From Candidatus Sabulitectum sp. (GTDB taxonomy: Bacteria; Fermentibacterota; Fermentibacteria; Fermentibacterales; JCC-6), in contig JAOZUR010000005.1 in NCBI GenBank assembly GCA_029938555.1, forward strand, positions 4,966 to 68,965: DNA of 64,000 bases, written 5' to 3'. Position numbers and translations under genes: made by a program. Positions 25,989 to 34,498 of the stretch are shown in pieces (within the stretch, counting starts at the first letter, position 1; every line of letters begins with the position of its first letter). Below the pieces are notes generated by a model. The model saw only the letters and a program-made list of their open reading frames with translations. It made no database searches and was not told where the DNA came from.

Positions 25989-26249
25989 TTAGTAGCGTCT
26001 TGGTCTCTCTTCACGAGGCTTTGCTTCGTTAATTCTGAGAGGTCTGCCATCAAGCTCAACGCCGTCGCCTTCAGCGATTGCTTTTCTTGCTGCTTCTTCT
26101 GGCATTTCAACAAAACCGAAACCACGACTGCGGCCAGTTTCTCTGTCTGTGATTACTCTTGCATCGGTGACATCACCGTAGTTAGCGAAAAAGTTTCTGA
26201 GAGAGTCATCATCAACACCCCAGGAGAGGTTTCCTACGTAAAGATTCAT
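25989..26249 (-). CDS. RRM-type RNA-binding protein (copy 2)
   Basis: 86 aa, colinear with copy 1 and differing at only a minority of positions. LYVGNL / RGFGFVEM. Confidence 0.9.
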   Translation of the reverse strand: MNLYVGNLSWGVDDDSLRNFFANYGDVTDARVITDRETGRSRGFGFVEMPEEAARKAIAEGDGVELDGRPLRINEAKPREERPRRY

Positions 26250-26292
26250 TAGTATCCCTTTCGTATCATGTCATCACATTGATTAACCGAAT

Positions 26293-26355
26293 CTTCGTGA
26301 CGACACAAAAGAAACCGGCTGCACCTTTACCTTAAAGTACACTGGTAATATGCAT
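26293..26355 (-). promoter_or_regulatory. Conserved leader/upstream boxes of RRM gene copy 2
   Basis: cttcgtgacgacacaaaagaa (26293-26313) and ctggtaatatgcat (26342-26355). The SD context tacgaaagggatactaATG is identical in both copies. Confidence 0.5.
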
Positions 26356-26432
26356 AACTTTTCTAATATGTAAAGGGCTATATTGTAAACCGTTAATTTC
26401 ATAAAAAGTGGTTTGTTTTTTTATGTACTTTG

Positions 26433-26454
26433 AAAGTATAGAATTCTATACTTT
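26433..26454. promoter_or_regulatory. Perfect 22-bp palindrome in a divergent intergenic region
   Basis: AAAGTATAGAA|TTCTATACTTT lies between the RRM copy 2 gene (minus strand) and the MATE transporter gene (plus strand). Confidence 0.4.
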
Positions 26455-26687
26455 TTACAAGAAAGCATGTCCATGGAATTGTAACTAATTATTAATACAG
26501 AAGATAGAAATGTATGGTTCAGGAATTTGGATTCAGATAAGTTTCATGGCATATTGTAGCAGAATGAAAAGTTTATAAATCTATTGAATTAATTCGGTGT
26601 GGTAAATGTAAGCATTTATAATTTTTATTAAGAATTTTTTTCAGACTTTATTGATAAAAGAGTATTTTCATGAGAGGCTTTGTTTGA

Positions 26688-28067
26688 ATGAGTAAGTACG
26701 CTCCAGATTCCTATAGAGGAATCATAACAATTTCACTGCCAATTATTGCAGGTATGGCTGGAAGAACAATTATGATGTTCTGTGACCGGTTGTTTCTGGC
26801 TCAGCACAGTCAGCTTGAACTTCAGGCAGCACTTCCTGCGGGGATTTTAAGTTTTACTCTTTTGTGTATTGTTTTTGGAACAGTGAGTTATTCAACTACT
26901 TTTGTTGCTCAATTCTTTGGTTCAGGTAACAAAGAAGGTTGTTCCAAATCTCTCGCGCAGGGGTTGTATCTTACATTATTTTCTATTCCTATTCTTGCTG
27001 CCATGACAATTCCTGGTTCTATGCTTCTTAAGCTTTCCGGTCATTCTCCTGATGTGCTGGCTCTTGAGCATATCTATTTCAGAATTCTCATGCTTTCAGC
27101 TTCTGGTCCTGTTTTTACCGCAGCAGCTTCCGCTTTTTGGAATGGCAGGGGGAAAACAATTCCTGCAATGGTGGCGGTTTTGATAGGTTCTGGAATCAAC
27201 ATAATATTAGATTATGTTATGATTTTTGGAAAATTCGGTTTTCCTGAAATGGGTATTGAAGGTGCTGCAATTGCAACAGCAATTTCTTCTTTTATACCAG
27301 GAACCATACTGACAATCGCGGCATACACAGGTAAAACTGCTAAACGATACAGAACTCGTGAAAATTTCAAGTTCTCCTGGCCACTTACAAAAAGAATTCT
27401 AAAATTCGGTTTTCCAGCAGGATTGCAAATCTTCCTTGATGTGGCCAGTTTTACAATTTTTATCTTCATTGCAGGAAGAATGGATGTGCTTGATTTTACA
27501 GCAAATAATATTGCTTTCAGTGTTAATAATCTCGCTTTCAATCCTCTTTTGGGTTTTAGTTTTGCAACCACAGTAATTGTCGGAAGATGTATTGGTATGG
27601 GTAATACTGATATGGCGATAAGGGCTACCAGGCGAACATTGCTTCTTTCTCTTTGTTACTTCGTACCTCTGGCTGTTACTTTTATACTTTTTCCAGGGTT
27701 TTACACCAGTCTTTTCTTCAGCCCTGATTCTGCATGCTCCATTGAAGATTTATCATCAACAGCAGGTAAACTTCTTACAATTGTTGCTGCCTGGGGTATT
27801 TTTGATGCTGCCAGTTTGATGTTTAGTGGAGCTCTTAGAGGTGCTGGAGATACAAAATTTGTAGTTAAAATCTCTGGACTTATTGCATGGTTATTTTGGA
27901 TACCAGGAATTCTTTATCTTTATGCTGTGGTTAAAACTGGAATTGTAAACCTTTGGCTTTTTACTAGTATTTATGTTGCTGTTCTAGGTGTTTTATTCTA
28001 CTTACGATTCAGGTCTGGAAAGTGGAAACATATTGATCTGGTTGGTGATTCATTGAAATCAAATTAG
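26688..28067 (+). CDS. MATE-family efflux transporter
   Basis: 459 aa with 12 TM segments. The N-terminal motif ISLPIIAGMAGRTIMMFCDRLFLAQ and a duplicated 6-TM architecture are typical of NorM/DinF-like proteins. Confidence 0.75.
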   Translation: MSKYAPDSYRGIITISLPIIAGMAGRTIMMFCDRLFLAQHSQLELQAALPAGILSFTLLCIVFGTVSYSTTFVAQFFGSGNKEGCSKSLAQGLYLTLFSIPILAAMTIPGSMLLKLSGHSPDVLALEHIYFRILMLSASGPVFTAAASAFWNGRGKTIPAMVAVLIGSGINIILDYVMIFGKFGFPEMGIEGAAIATAISSFIPGTILTIAAYTGKTAKRYRTRENFKFSWPLTKRILKFGFPAGLQIFLDVASFTIFIFIAGRMDVLDFTANNIAFSVNNLAFNPLLGFSFATTVIVGRCIGMGNTDMAIRATRRTLLLSLCYFVPLAVTFILFPGFYTSLFFSPDSACSIEDLSSTAGKLLTIVAAWGIFDAASLMFSGALRGAGDTKFVVKISGLIAWLFWIPGILYLYAVVKTGIVNLWLFTSIYVAVLGVLFYLRFRSGKWKHIDLVGDSLKSN

Positions 28068-28240
28068 TATAGATATGTTTGTCTTGACTATGCGATTTTT
28101 ATTAAAGTGATACTGAATTGTTCCTGTAAATTTGGTTTTAGATGGAAAACAGTATTGGAACGAAAGTGTATTAGTATGGGTACACCTAATTGATTATGAA
28201 GGTGTATAGGCTTTTTCACTTACCTATTGAAAGGTTTGTT

Positions 28241-28810
28241 ATGAAAAAAATGATTCCTGTTCTTTTAATTGTGTCGTCTTTACTAATTGCTTCAGAATTT
28301 GTTATAGGTGATAACAATCAGCCGTTATCCGATCCTTTCTGCGGCAGTTGAGGATCTTCCTCAAAACACTACCAGGTGGTAGTATCTGAGTCTCAGTTAG
28401 GTGAACCAATAACAATTACTGAAATAGCCTTCGAAAGGGCCCCAATGGGTTCTCCATCAGTTCTTTTGCATAATTTCAAAATAGCACTTAGCCAGGCGGC
28501 AGGATCAACTATCGAAAGAAGATTCGCAGCTAATTTATCTGAGAGCTCTAGTTTTCAGGTGGTGTACTCAGGCTCAAGAGTGGTTGCTGCTGATGGAGGA
28601 GACGGCAGGGTGAGTTTTGTTCTTGATACCCCGTACCAGTATTCTGGTGGAGATTTGCTTATAGATTTGTCTTATGCTGATATTGAAGGCAGCATGTATG
28701 TATGGAGTTGGGCTCCTGAGGAATATCGTCTTTTATCTGCAAACAGCATTAATGCATCACAGGGAAATGTTTCTCCACTGGTTCCTGTTGTGGTTGTTAT
28801 TGGTGAGTAG
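28241..28810 (+). pseudogene. Signal-peptide ORF interrupted by one in-frame TGA (pseudogene, assembly error or recoding)
   Basis: ATG 28241 encodes MKKMIPVLLIVSSLLIASEF...DPFCGS, then TGA at 28349-28351. The same frame continues GSSSKHYQVVVSESQLG... to 28810; the track ORF begins at GTG 28376. No family was recognised. Confidence 0.5.
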
Positions 28811-28821
28811 CACCTCAAAGA

Positions 28822-29577
28822 TTATGTCGCAGTAAGAATTTCAACACCGTTTTCTGTCACCAGAATAGTGTGTTCAAATTGTGCACTTAAGCTTCCATCT
28901 GCTGTGGTAACAGTCCAGCCATCTTTTGGGGAAGTTTTTACTTTGTAAGACTTTCCCATTATTATCATTGGCTCAACTGTGAATATCATTCCTTTCTGAA
29001 GTCGGATTTTGTTAGCTTTTGTATAGTGGTGGAAAACTTGAGGATTCTCATGAAATTTCCGACCTATACCATGGCCTGTGTAGTCTCTGACTATTGAGTA
29101 TCCAAATTGGCCTACATATTTCTCGATAGCTTTTCCTACAGCAAAGAGATAGTTTCCATGTTTTACTGCTTCAATCCCAAGGTACATGGCTTTTTCTGTT
29201 CTGTTTACAAAATCTTGTGTTTCCTTATCAACTTCACCAATCAAAAATGTTCGTGAAGTATCACCGTGAAAACCATCAAGAATTACTGTCACATCTATGT
29301 TTAAAATATCACCGTTTTTTAGAATATCTGTTCTACTAGGAATACCATGACAAACCACATTATTAATTGATGTGCAGATACTTTTTGGGAACCCTCGGTA
29401 ATTCAAGGGGGCTGATACAGCACCATTCATTTTTGTAAATATAACTGCCAATTCATTTAGGTAATCGGTGGAAACTCCAGCTTTCACAAAAGGATTTATG
29501 TGATTTAGCAGTTGTGCTGCAAGTTTTCCAGCTTTTCGCATTTTGTCTATTTCACCGGGGCTTTTTATCTTGATCAT
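28822..29577 (-). CDS. map: Type I methionine aminopeptidase
   Basis: VCHGIPS, NIDVT...DGFHGDTSRTF, YTGHGIG, FTVEPM and QFEHTILVT cover the full metal-ligand set. Confidence 0.9.
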   Translation of the reverse strand: MIKIKSPGEIDKMRKAGKLAAQLLNHINPFVKAGVSTDYLNELAVIFTKMNGAVSAPLNYRGFPKSICTSINNVVCHGIPSRTDILKNGDILNIDVTVILDGFHGDTSRTFLIGEVDKETQDFVNRTEKAMYLGIEAVKHGNYLFAVGKAIEKYVGQFGYSIVRDYTGHGIGRKFHENPQVFHHYTKANKIRLQKGMIFTVEPMIIMGKSYKVKTSPKDGWTVTTADGSLSAQFEHTILVTENGVEILTAT

Positions 29578-29633
29578 TATTTAACCACCATATCTTTATG
29601 ATTATTCTTAAAATTGTTCCTTAGGATGTTAGG

Positions 29634-30272
29634 TCAGATTATGGTAATAACTTTACCTACACCACCTTTTATGTATTTTTCTGGGAACAGTTTCCGAATA
29701 TCTTCTTTGTGTTTTGTGCAATGAGTTGAACATACAATATTAATGTGTTTAAGATATTCAAAATTGTTGAATCCGTGCAAGCCACCGATGATACCATGTA
29801 CATGCCCAAATTGAGAGATTACTTCAAGAATATTTGGAACTCCTGGGTGAGCGCATCCAATTAGCAATACAAGTCCGCTATCTGTGCTTATGGCTAAAGA
29901 TTGTTCATTACCCATTTCACCTGTAAGAAAGATACCAGGGTAGATTTCTTTAGGACTTTTGTAGTAATTTACCTGGTTAGGATATCTGATTCCTCGAAAA
30001 GAAAATGGAACATGAATGGTTGCTTTTGAATTTTCATTCAGAAATGCAGAAAGCCCACCTATGTGATCAAAGTCACCATGAGATATGACAATATCGTGTA
30101 CTGTTTCAGGATTGATTCTTAGAGTAGCCAGGTTTTCAAGAAGAATTTTTCCATTTCCACCGGTATCAAAAAGAATGTTTCGGTGGGCAGTTTCAATAAA
30201 ACATGACCAACCCCAATCAGCTTTAAGATCTGATCTGGTGGTGGTATTATCGTAAACAATTGTTACTTTCAT
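29634..30272 (-). CDS. MBL-fold metallohydrolase (COG1237-like)
   Basis: VISHGDFDHIGG (HxHxDH variant). The N-terminal TIVYDN...DWGWSCFIE...ILFDTG pattern fits this subfamily. Confidence 0.65.
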   Translation of the reverse strand: MKVTIVYDNTTTRSDLKADWGWSCFIETAHRNILFDTGGNGKILLENLATLRINPETVHDIVISHGDFDHIGGLSAFLNENSKATIHVPFSFRGIRYPNQVNYYKSPKEIYPGIFLTGEMGNEQSLAISTDSGLVLLIGCAHPGVPNILEVISQFGHVHGIIGGLHGFNNFEYLKHINIVCSTHCTKHKEDIRKLFPEKYIKGGVGKVITII

Positions 30273-30922
30273 TAGCTCTTTATTGCTTTTAGTAACCGCA
30301 GGTGGTTATTGAAAAACAATTTCTCATTAAAACTACTGAAACCATAACTGGTCAATATCTGTTTCCAGTCCCGCTCAACATATTCAAAAGCATATCTGCA
30401 TTCCACTATTTTGAAAGGAATTCTAAAATACAAGGGTGTTTGATCTGTGATGAATTCATTGAAGTCTAGAATGACAAATTCTCCTCCGTCTTTCAAAGCA
30501 TTGAAAGCATTAGAAATTATGTTTTTCTGAATTTCAAAGGGAAATCCGTGAAAAACAAAAGAAGTAAATACTTTGTCATATTTTTTTTCAAGAGTAAGGG
30601 GTTGGTCAATACGCTGATTAGTAATGCTGATGTTACTGAACTTTTCTGTTTTTTTTCTGAATTGTGCAATCATTTCTTCTGAAATTTCAAGCCCTAGTAT
30701 TTCACCGGTGCCAGTGAGGTACTTTTGCATTAAAAGAGCATTTCTTCCGGTGCCTGCTCCAAAATCTAAAATAGTATCATCTGGTTTTATTTCAATCAGT
30801 CTGATTGCTTTTTTGATGAATTTATCGTAAAGACCCAGTGATGCTGTATTTATCAAAGTATCATAACATTTCGCTGAAAAACCTTGTATTTCAACCTTTG
30901 ATTCAGGGTAAAACCTGCTCAT
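30272..30922 (-). CDS. Class I SAM-dependent methyltransferase
   Basis: Motif I ILDFGAGTGRN, acidic loop GLEISEEM, and motif post-II. It overlaps the downstream MBL gene by 1 nt. Confidence 0.75.
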   Translation of the reverse strand: MSRFYPESKVEIQGFSAKCYDTLINTASLGLYDKFIKKAIRLIEIKPDDTILDFGAGTGRNALLMQKYLTGTGEILGLEISEEMIAQFRKKTEKFSNISITNQRIDQPLTLEKKYDKVFTSFVFHGFPFEIQKNIISNAFNALKDGGEFVILDFNEFITDQTPLYFRIPFKIVECRYAFEYVERDWKQILTSYGFSSFNEKLFFNNHLRLLKAIKS

Positions 30923-31108
30923 AATAAACCTCCATTAGATTTTATTCTTTTATGATACGCAGGTGGCAACGTGTCAAGTAGGAAATCCAATTTTGCAGTT
31001 TGTGGTCTGATTCACATAAGTTGCAGGATTCTTTTATACTATGCAGTCAACAGAAAATAGTTTAACCGTATTGATGTGATTTTACAATGATTTGGTTTTA
31101 GGTGAAAA

Positions 31109-31591
31109 ATGCAGATGAGTTTACTTGAAGACAGTGGTGCTAAATTTTCACAGGACAGAGTTCATAGGTATTCGCTGTGGAGAATTTGGGATAAGAGCAA
31201 GGATTATGCTGTTTTTGTGGGATTGAATCCTTCCACAGCAGATGAATACAAAAATGATCCCACAGTTAGAAGGTGTGTTAATTATGCATTTGACTGGGGG
31301 TTTGGTGGTCTCTATATGCTAAATATTTTTGCTTTCAGGTCAACTGATCCAGGCAATCTGTATTCTGCTGATGACCCCATTGGTCCCGAAAATGATTTTT
31401 TCCTGCGAACAATTAGCGAGCAAGCAGGTATTACTGTAGCTGCATGGGGCAACCACGGTGAGTTCATGAATCGTGGGGAAGATGTGAAAGCTCTTCTTAC
31501 AAATCCTTTTTGTCTTAAGCTCACAAAAACCGGCTCACCAGGTCATCCGTTGTATCTGCGCAAGGATATAGAGCCATTTCCATTTCTTTAG
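31109..31591 (+). CDS. DUF1643-family protein
   Basis: RYSLWRIWD...VGLNPSTADE..NDPTVRRC...GFGG..MLNIFAFRSTDP matches my recollection of the DUF1643 signature. Confidence 0.55.
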   Translation: MQMSLLEDSGAKFSQDRVHRYSLWRIWDKSKDYAVFVGLNPSTADEYKNDPTVRRCVNYAFDWGFGGLYMLNIFAFRSTDPGNLYSADDPIGPENDFFLRTISEQAGITVAAWGNHGEFMNRGEDVKALLTNPFCLKLTKTGSPGHPLYLRKDIEPFPFL

Positions 31592-31606
31592 ATGCAGCGA
31601 TGATTT

Positions 31607-32482
31607 ATGCTTAAGGAGATCAAAGCAAAATCTATGCTGCATTTTCATAAGCAAACATTTGCAACAAACTGGGATGCAAATATATACAGAGGATGTGAGC
31701 ACAATTGCAGATATTGTTTTGCTCAATATTCACATAGATACCTTGAAGACAAAGATTTTTTTGAAGATATTTATGTGAAATCCAATGCATCACAGATACT
31801 TGAAATAGAGTTAGGTAAAACAAAGTGGGAAAAACATCCGGTGAATGTTTGCGGGGTTTCAGACTGTTATCAGCCAGCAGAAATTAAGTATAAAATAATG
31901 CCTGCGGTTATTAAATCTTTTATAAAAAACAAAAATCCACTTGTGATTTCAACCAAATCAATTCTTGTCCTGCGAGATATTGATTTATTGGAAGAACTTA
32001 ATAAAGTTGCACAGGTATCTGTTCTGGTTTCAGTTTCAACTCTTGATGAGAAAAAGCGAGAGTTAATTGAACCGAATACTTCATCTACTTTGGATAGACT
32101 TCAAATGCTGGAGCAGTTTCAGAAAATAGGTTGCCAAACCTCAGTTCTTTTCATGCCAATTATTCCATTCATTTCAGATGATGAACATAATCTAGATTCG
32201 ATATTTAAAATAACAAGTTCACTTGGGCTTGGATCAATCCAAGGGTGGCCTCTGCATCTTCATGGAAGAACCAGAGATGTGTTTTTTGATTTCCTGCGAA
32301 AGAATTTCCCAGAGTTACTATCAGAATACAGCAGACTTTACACAAAAGGCACTGTTTCCGATTCTTACAAAATTAATCTTTTAAAGAAAATCACTGACCT
32401 GAAAGATAAATATCATTTATTCGGGAAGTATACCCAAACAAAACCCAAGAACCCAAATGCAATTCAACTAAAATTGTTTTAA
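31607..32482 (+). CDS. Radical SAM protein (COG1533 / SplB-like 'DNA repair photolyase' family)
   Basis: CEHNCRYC (CxxxCxxC) near the N-terminus. NIYRGC.H.C.YC context and ~290 aa length. It starts 15 nt after the DUF1643 gene. Confidence 0.6.
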   Translation: MLKEIKAKSMLHFHKQTFATNWDANIYRGCEHNCRYCFAQYSHRYLEDKDFFEDIYVKSNASQILEIELGKTKWEKHPVNVCGVSDCYQPAEIKYKIMPAVIKSFIKNKNPLVISTKSILVLRDIDLLEELNKVAQVSVLVSVSTLDEKKRELIEPNTSSTLDRLQMLEQFQKIGCQTSVLFMPIIPFISDDEHNLDSIFKITSSLGLGSIQGWPLHLHGRTRDVFFDFLRKNFPELLSEYSRLYTKGTVSDSYKINLLKKITDLKDKYHLFGKYTQTKPKNPNAIQLKLF

Positions 32483-32618
32483 TTTCTAAATTTAGTATAG
32501 CCAAGTTAAGTATCTGCGTCAACAGTTGACAAATTTAAAATTTTGCTGATAATATGCAATAATGTGCAAATTACATGTCTATTGTTTGTGGAGCATAATT
32601 CAATTGAAAGGATGTAGT

Positions 32619-34436
32619 ATGAGTAGAGAAATACCAATGGAAGATTTTTTCAGAAAACCAGCAAAATTTCTTGTGAGAATATCTCCTTGTGGTAATTATC
32701 TTGCATGGTTGGAACCGTGGCAAAGTAGATTGAATGTACATGTGAAAAAACTTGATTCTGGTTTTGTTACCCGAGTAACCTCTTCTATAGAGCGAGATAT
32801 ATCTAGTTATATATGGGCAAGCAAAATGCAAATTGTTTACATGATGGATAAGGGAGGCAATGAAAATCAGAGATTGTACGGTGTGAATATTGATGGTTCA
32901 AATACCATTGACTACACTCCATACGAATCGGTTAAGTGCATGATTCTTGCAAACCTTCCTGACGATAATAAACACATTCTTTTTCAGATGAACCACAGAG
33001 ATAAGAAAGTTTTTGATGTTTACAGGTTAAATATTGAAACAGGGAAAAAAGAAAAAATTTCTGAGAACCCAGGTAATGTAACAGAGTGGTTTGCAGATTT
33101 CCATGGTAAGGTTAGACTGGCAAAAACCGCTGATGGATTAAATTCAGCTCTAATTTATCGAGAGAATGAAAAAGCTGAGTGGCTTCAGATAGCTTCCTAT
33201 GATTTCAGGCAACACGCTAAACCTATTGTTTTTTCTGCTGATAATTCATTTGTATATGTCTCGTCCAATGTGAACAGAGATAAAGTTGCAATTTTTGAGT
33301 ATGATTTAATCACAGGTAAAGAGGGTAAGGTTGTTTTTCAACATCCAGAGGTGGATGTGTGGAATCTGTTGTATTCCGTGAAGCGTAGAGTAATAACCGG
33401 TGTTTCTTATGAATTAGAGAAACGAGAATTTTATTATTTTGATGAATTCAGTAGAAAAATTCAGACATTTCTTGATGAATTGCTTCCAGATTATCATAAC
33501 AGCATAACCTCGTTTGACCATGAAGAAACAAAGTGCATTGTGCATTCAGGAAGTGATCGTACTTTTGGTTCCTTTTACCTGCTTGATTTGCTGAATTGGA
33601 AATTAGAGAAACTCTTTGATCTTTCTCCGTGGCTTCATGAAGATGAGATGGCAATTATGAAACCTATAAAATACAAAGCAAGAGATGGTAAGACTATTCA
33701 TGGATATCTGACTTTACCCAAGGGAGTTAATCCCAAAAATCTACCACTTGTTGTTAATCCACATGGAGGTCCATGGGCTCGTGATAGTTGGGGTTTTCGC
33801 CAACCAGTTCAATTCCTAGCCAACAGAGGTTTTGCGGTACTTAAAATGAATTTCAGAGGGTCCACAGGATATGGTCGTGAATTTCTTGAAAGCGGGTATG
33901 GTCAATGGGGTCTGGATATGCAGGATGATATTACAGATGGCGTTAACTGGGTGATCGATTCGGGTATTGCTGATCCTAAGCGAATTGCAATTTATGGAGT
34001 AAGTTACGGGGGATATGCAGCATTAATGGGCATTGTGAAAACACCGGATCTTTATTCAGCTGCAGTTGATTATGTGGGAGTTTCAAATCTATTTACAATT
34101 CTGGAAAATATGCCGACCTATTGGGAGCTTAAGCGGAAAATGATGTATGAGAAAGTCGGACATCCAGTTATTGATAAAGAAAGATTGGAAAAAACATCAC
34201 CTGCACTGAATGCAGACAAAATTAAAACACCACTATTTATAGCTCAGGGTGCTAATGATCCTCGTGTTAACAAAAGTGAATCAGATCAAATGGTTTCAGC
34301 ACTGAGAAAACGAGGTGTTTTTGTGGAATACATGGTTAAGGAAAATGAAGGTCATGGATTCAGGAATGAAGAAAATAAGTTTGACTTTTTTCGAGCCATG
34401 GAAAGATTTTTGAAGAAACACATAAAAAAAGGCTAA
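32619..34436 (+). CDS. S9-family serine peptidase (prolyl oligopeptidase / dipeptidyl aminopeptidase-like)
   Basis: ATG 32619, 6 nt after GAAAGGA; the track ORF has a 19-aa implausible extension. N-terminal propeller region; catalytic GVSYGGY (Ser), GANDPRV (Asp), EGHGF (His). Confidence 0.85.
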   Translation: MSREIPMEDFFRKPAKFLVRISPCGNYLAWLEPWQSRLNVHVKKLDSGFVTRVTSSIERDISSYIWASKMQIVYMMDKGGNENQRLYGVNIDGSNTIDYTPYESVKCMILANLPDDNKHILFQMNHRDKKVFDVYRLNIETGKKEKISENPGNVTEWFADFHGKVRLAKTADGLNSALIYRENEKAEWLQIASYDFRQHAKPIVFSADNSFVYVSSNVNRDKVAIFEYDLITGKEGKVVFQHPEVDVWNLLYSVKRRVITGVSYELEKREFYYFDEFSRKIQTFLDELLPDYHNSITSFDHEETKCIVHSGSDRTFGSFYLLDLLNWKLEKLFDLSPWLHEDEMAIMKPIKYKARDGKTIHGYLTLPKGVNPKNLPLVVNPHGGPWARDSWGFRQPVQFLANRGFAVLKMNFRGSTGYGREFLESGYGQWGLDMQDDITDGVNWVIDSGIADPKRIAIYGVSYGGYAALMGIVKTPDLYSAAVDYVGVSNLFTILENMPTYWELKRKMMYEKVGHPVIDKERLEKTSPALNADKIKTPLFIAQGANDPRVNKSESDQMVSALRKRGVFVEYMVKENEGHGFRNEENKFDFFRAMERFLKKHIKKG

Positions 34437-34446
34437 GAACGGAAAA

Positions 34447-34470
34447 GGGGGCCAGTTTTCACTGGCCCCC
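34447..34470. terminator. GC-rich hairpin between convergent genes
   Basis: GGGGGCCAGT-tttc-ACTGGCCCCC, a 10-bp perfect stem, lies between the S9 peptidase stop (34436) and the PFOR stop (34499). The T-tracts are poor. Confidence 0.55.
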
Positions 34471-34498
34471 AATGTATATCACAAACAGTCAGATGGTA

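Noticed and set aside
25874-26252. Track ORFs 25874-26125 (-) and 25890-26252 (+) overlapping the RRM genes
   Set aside because: They are alternate-frame or antisense shadows of the two clearly real RRM genes and their terminator. They have low-complexity translations and no SD.
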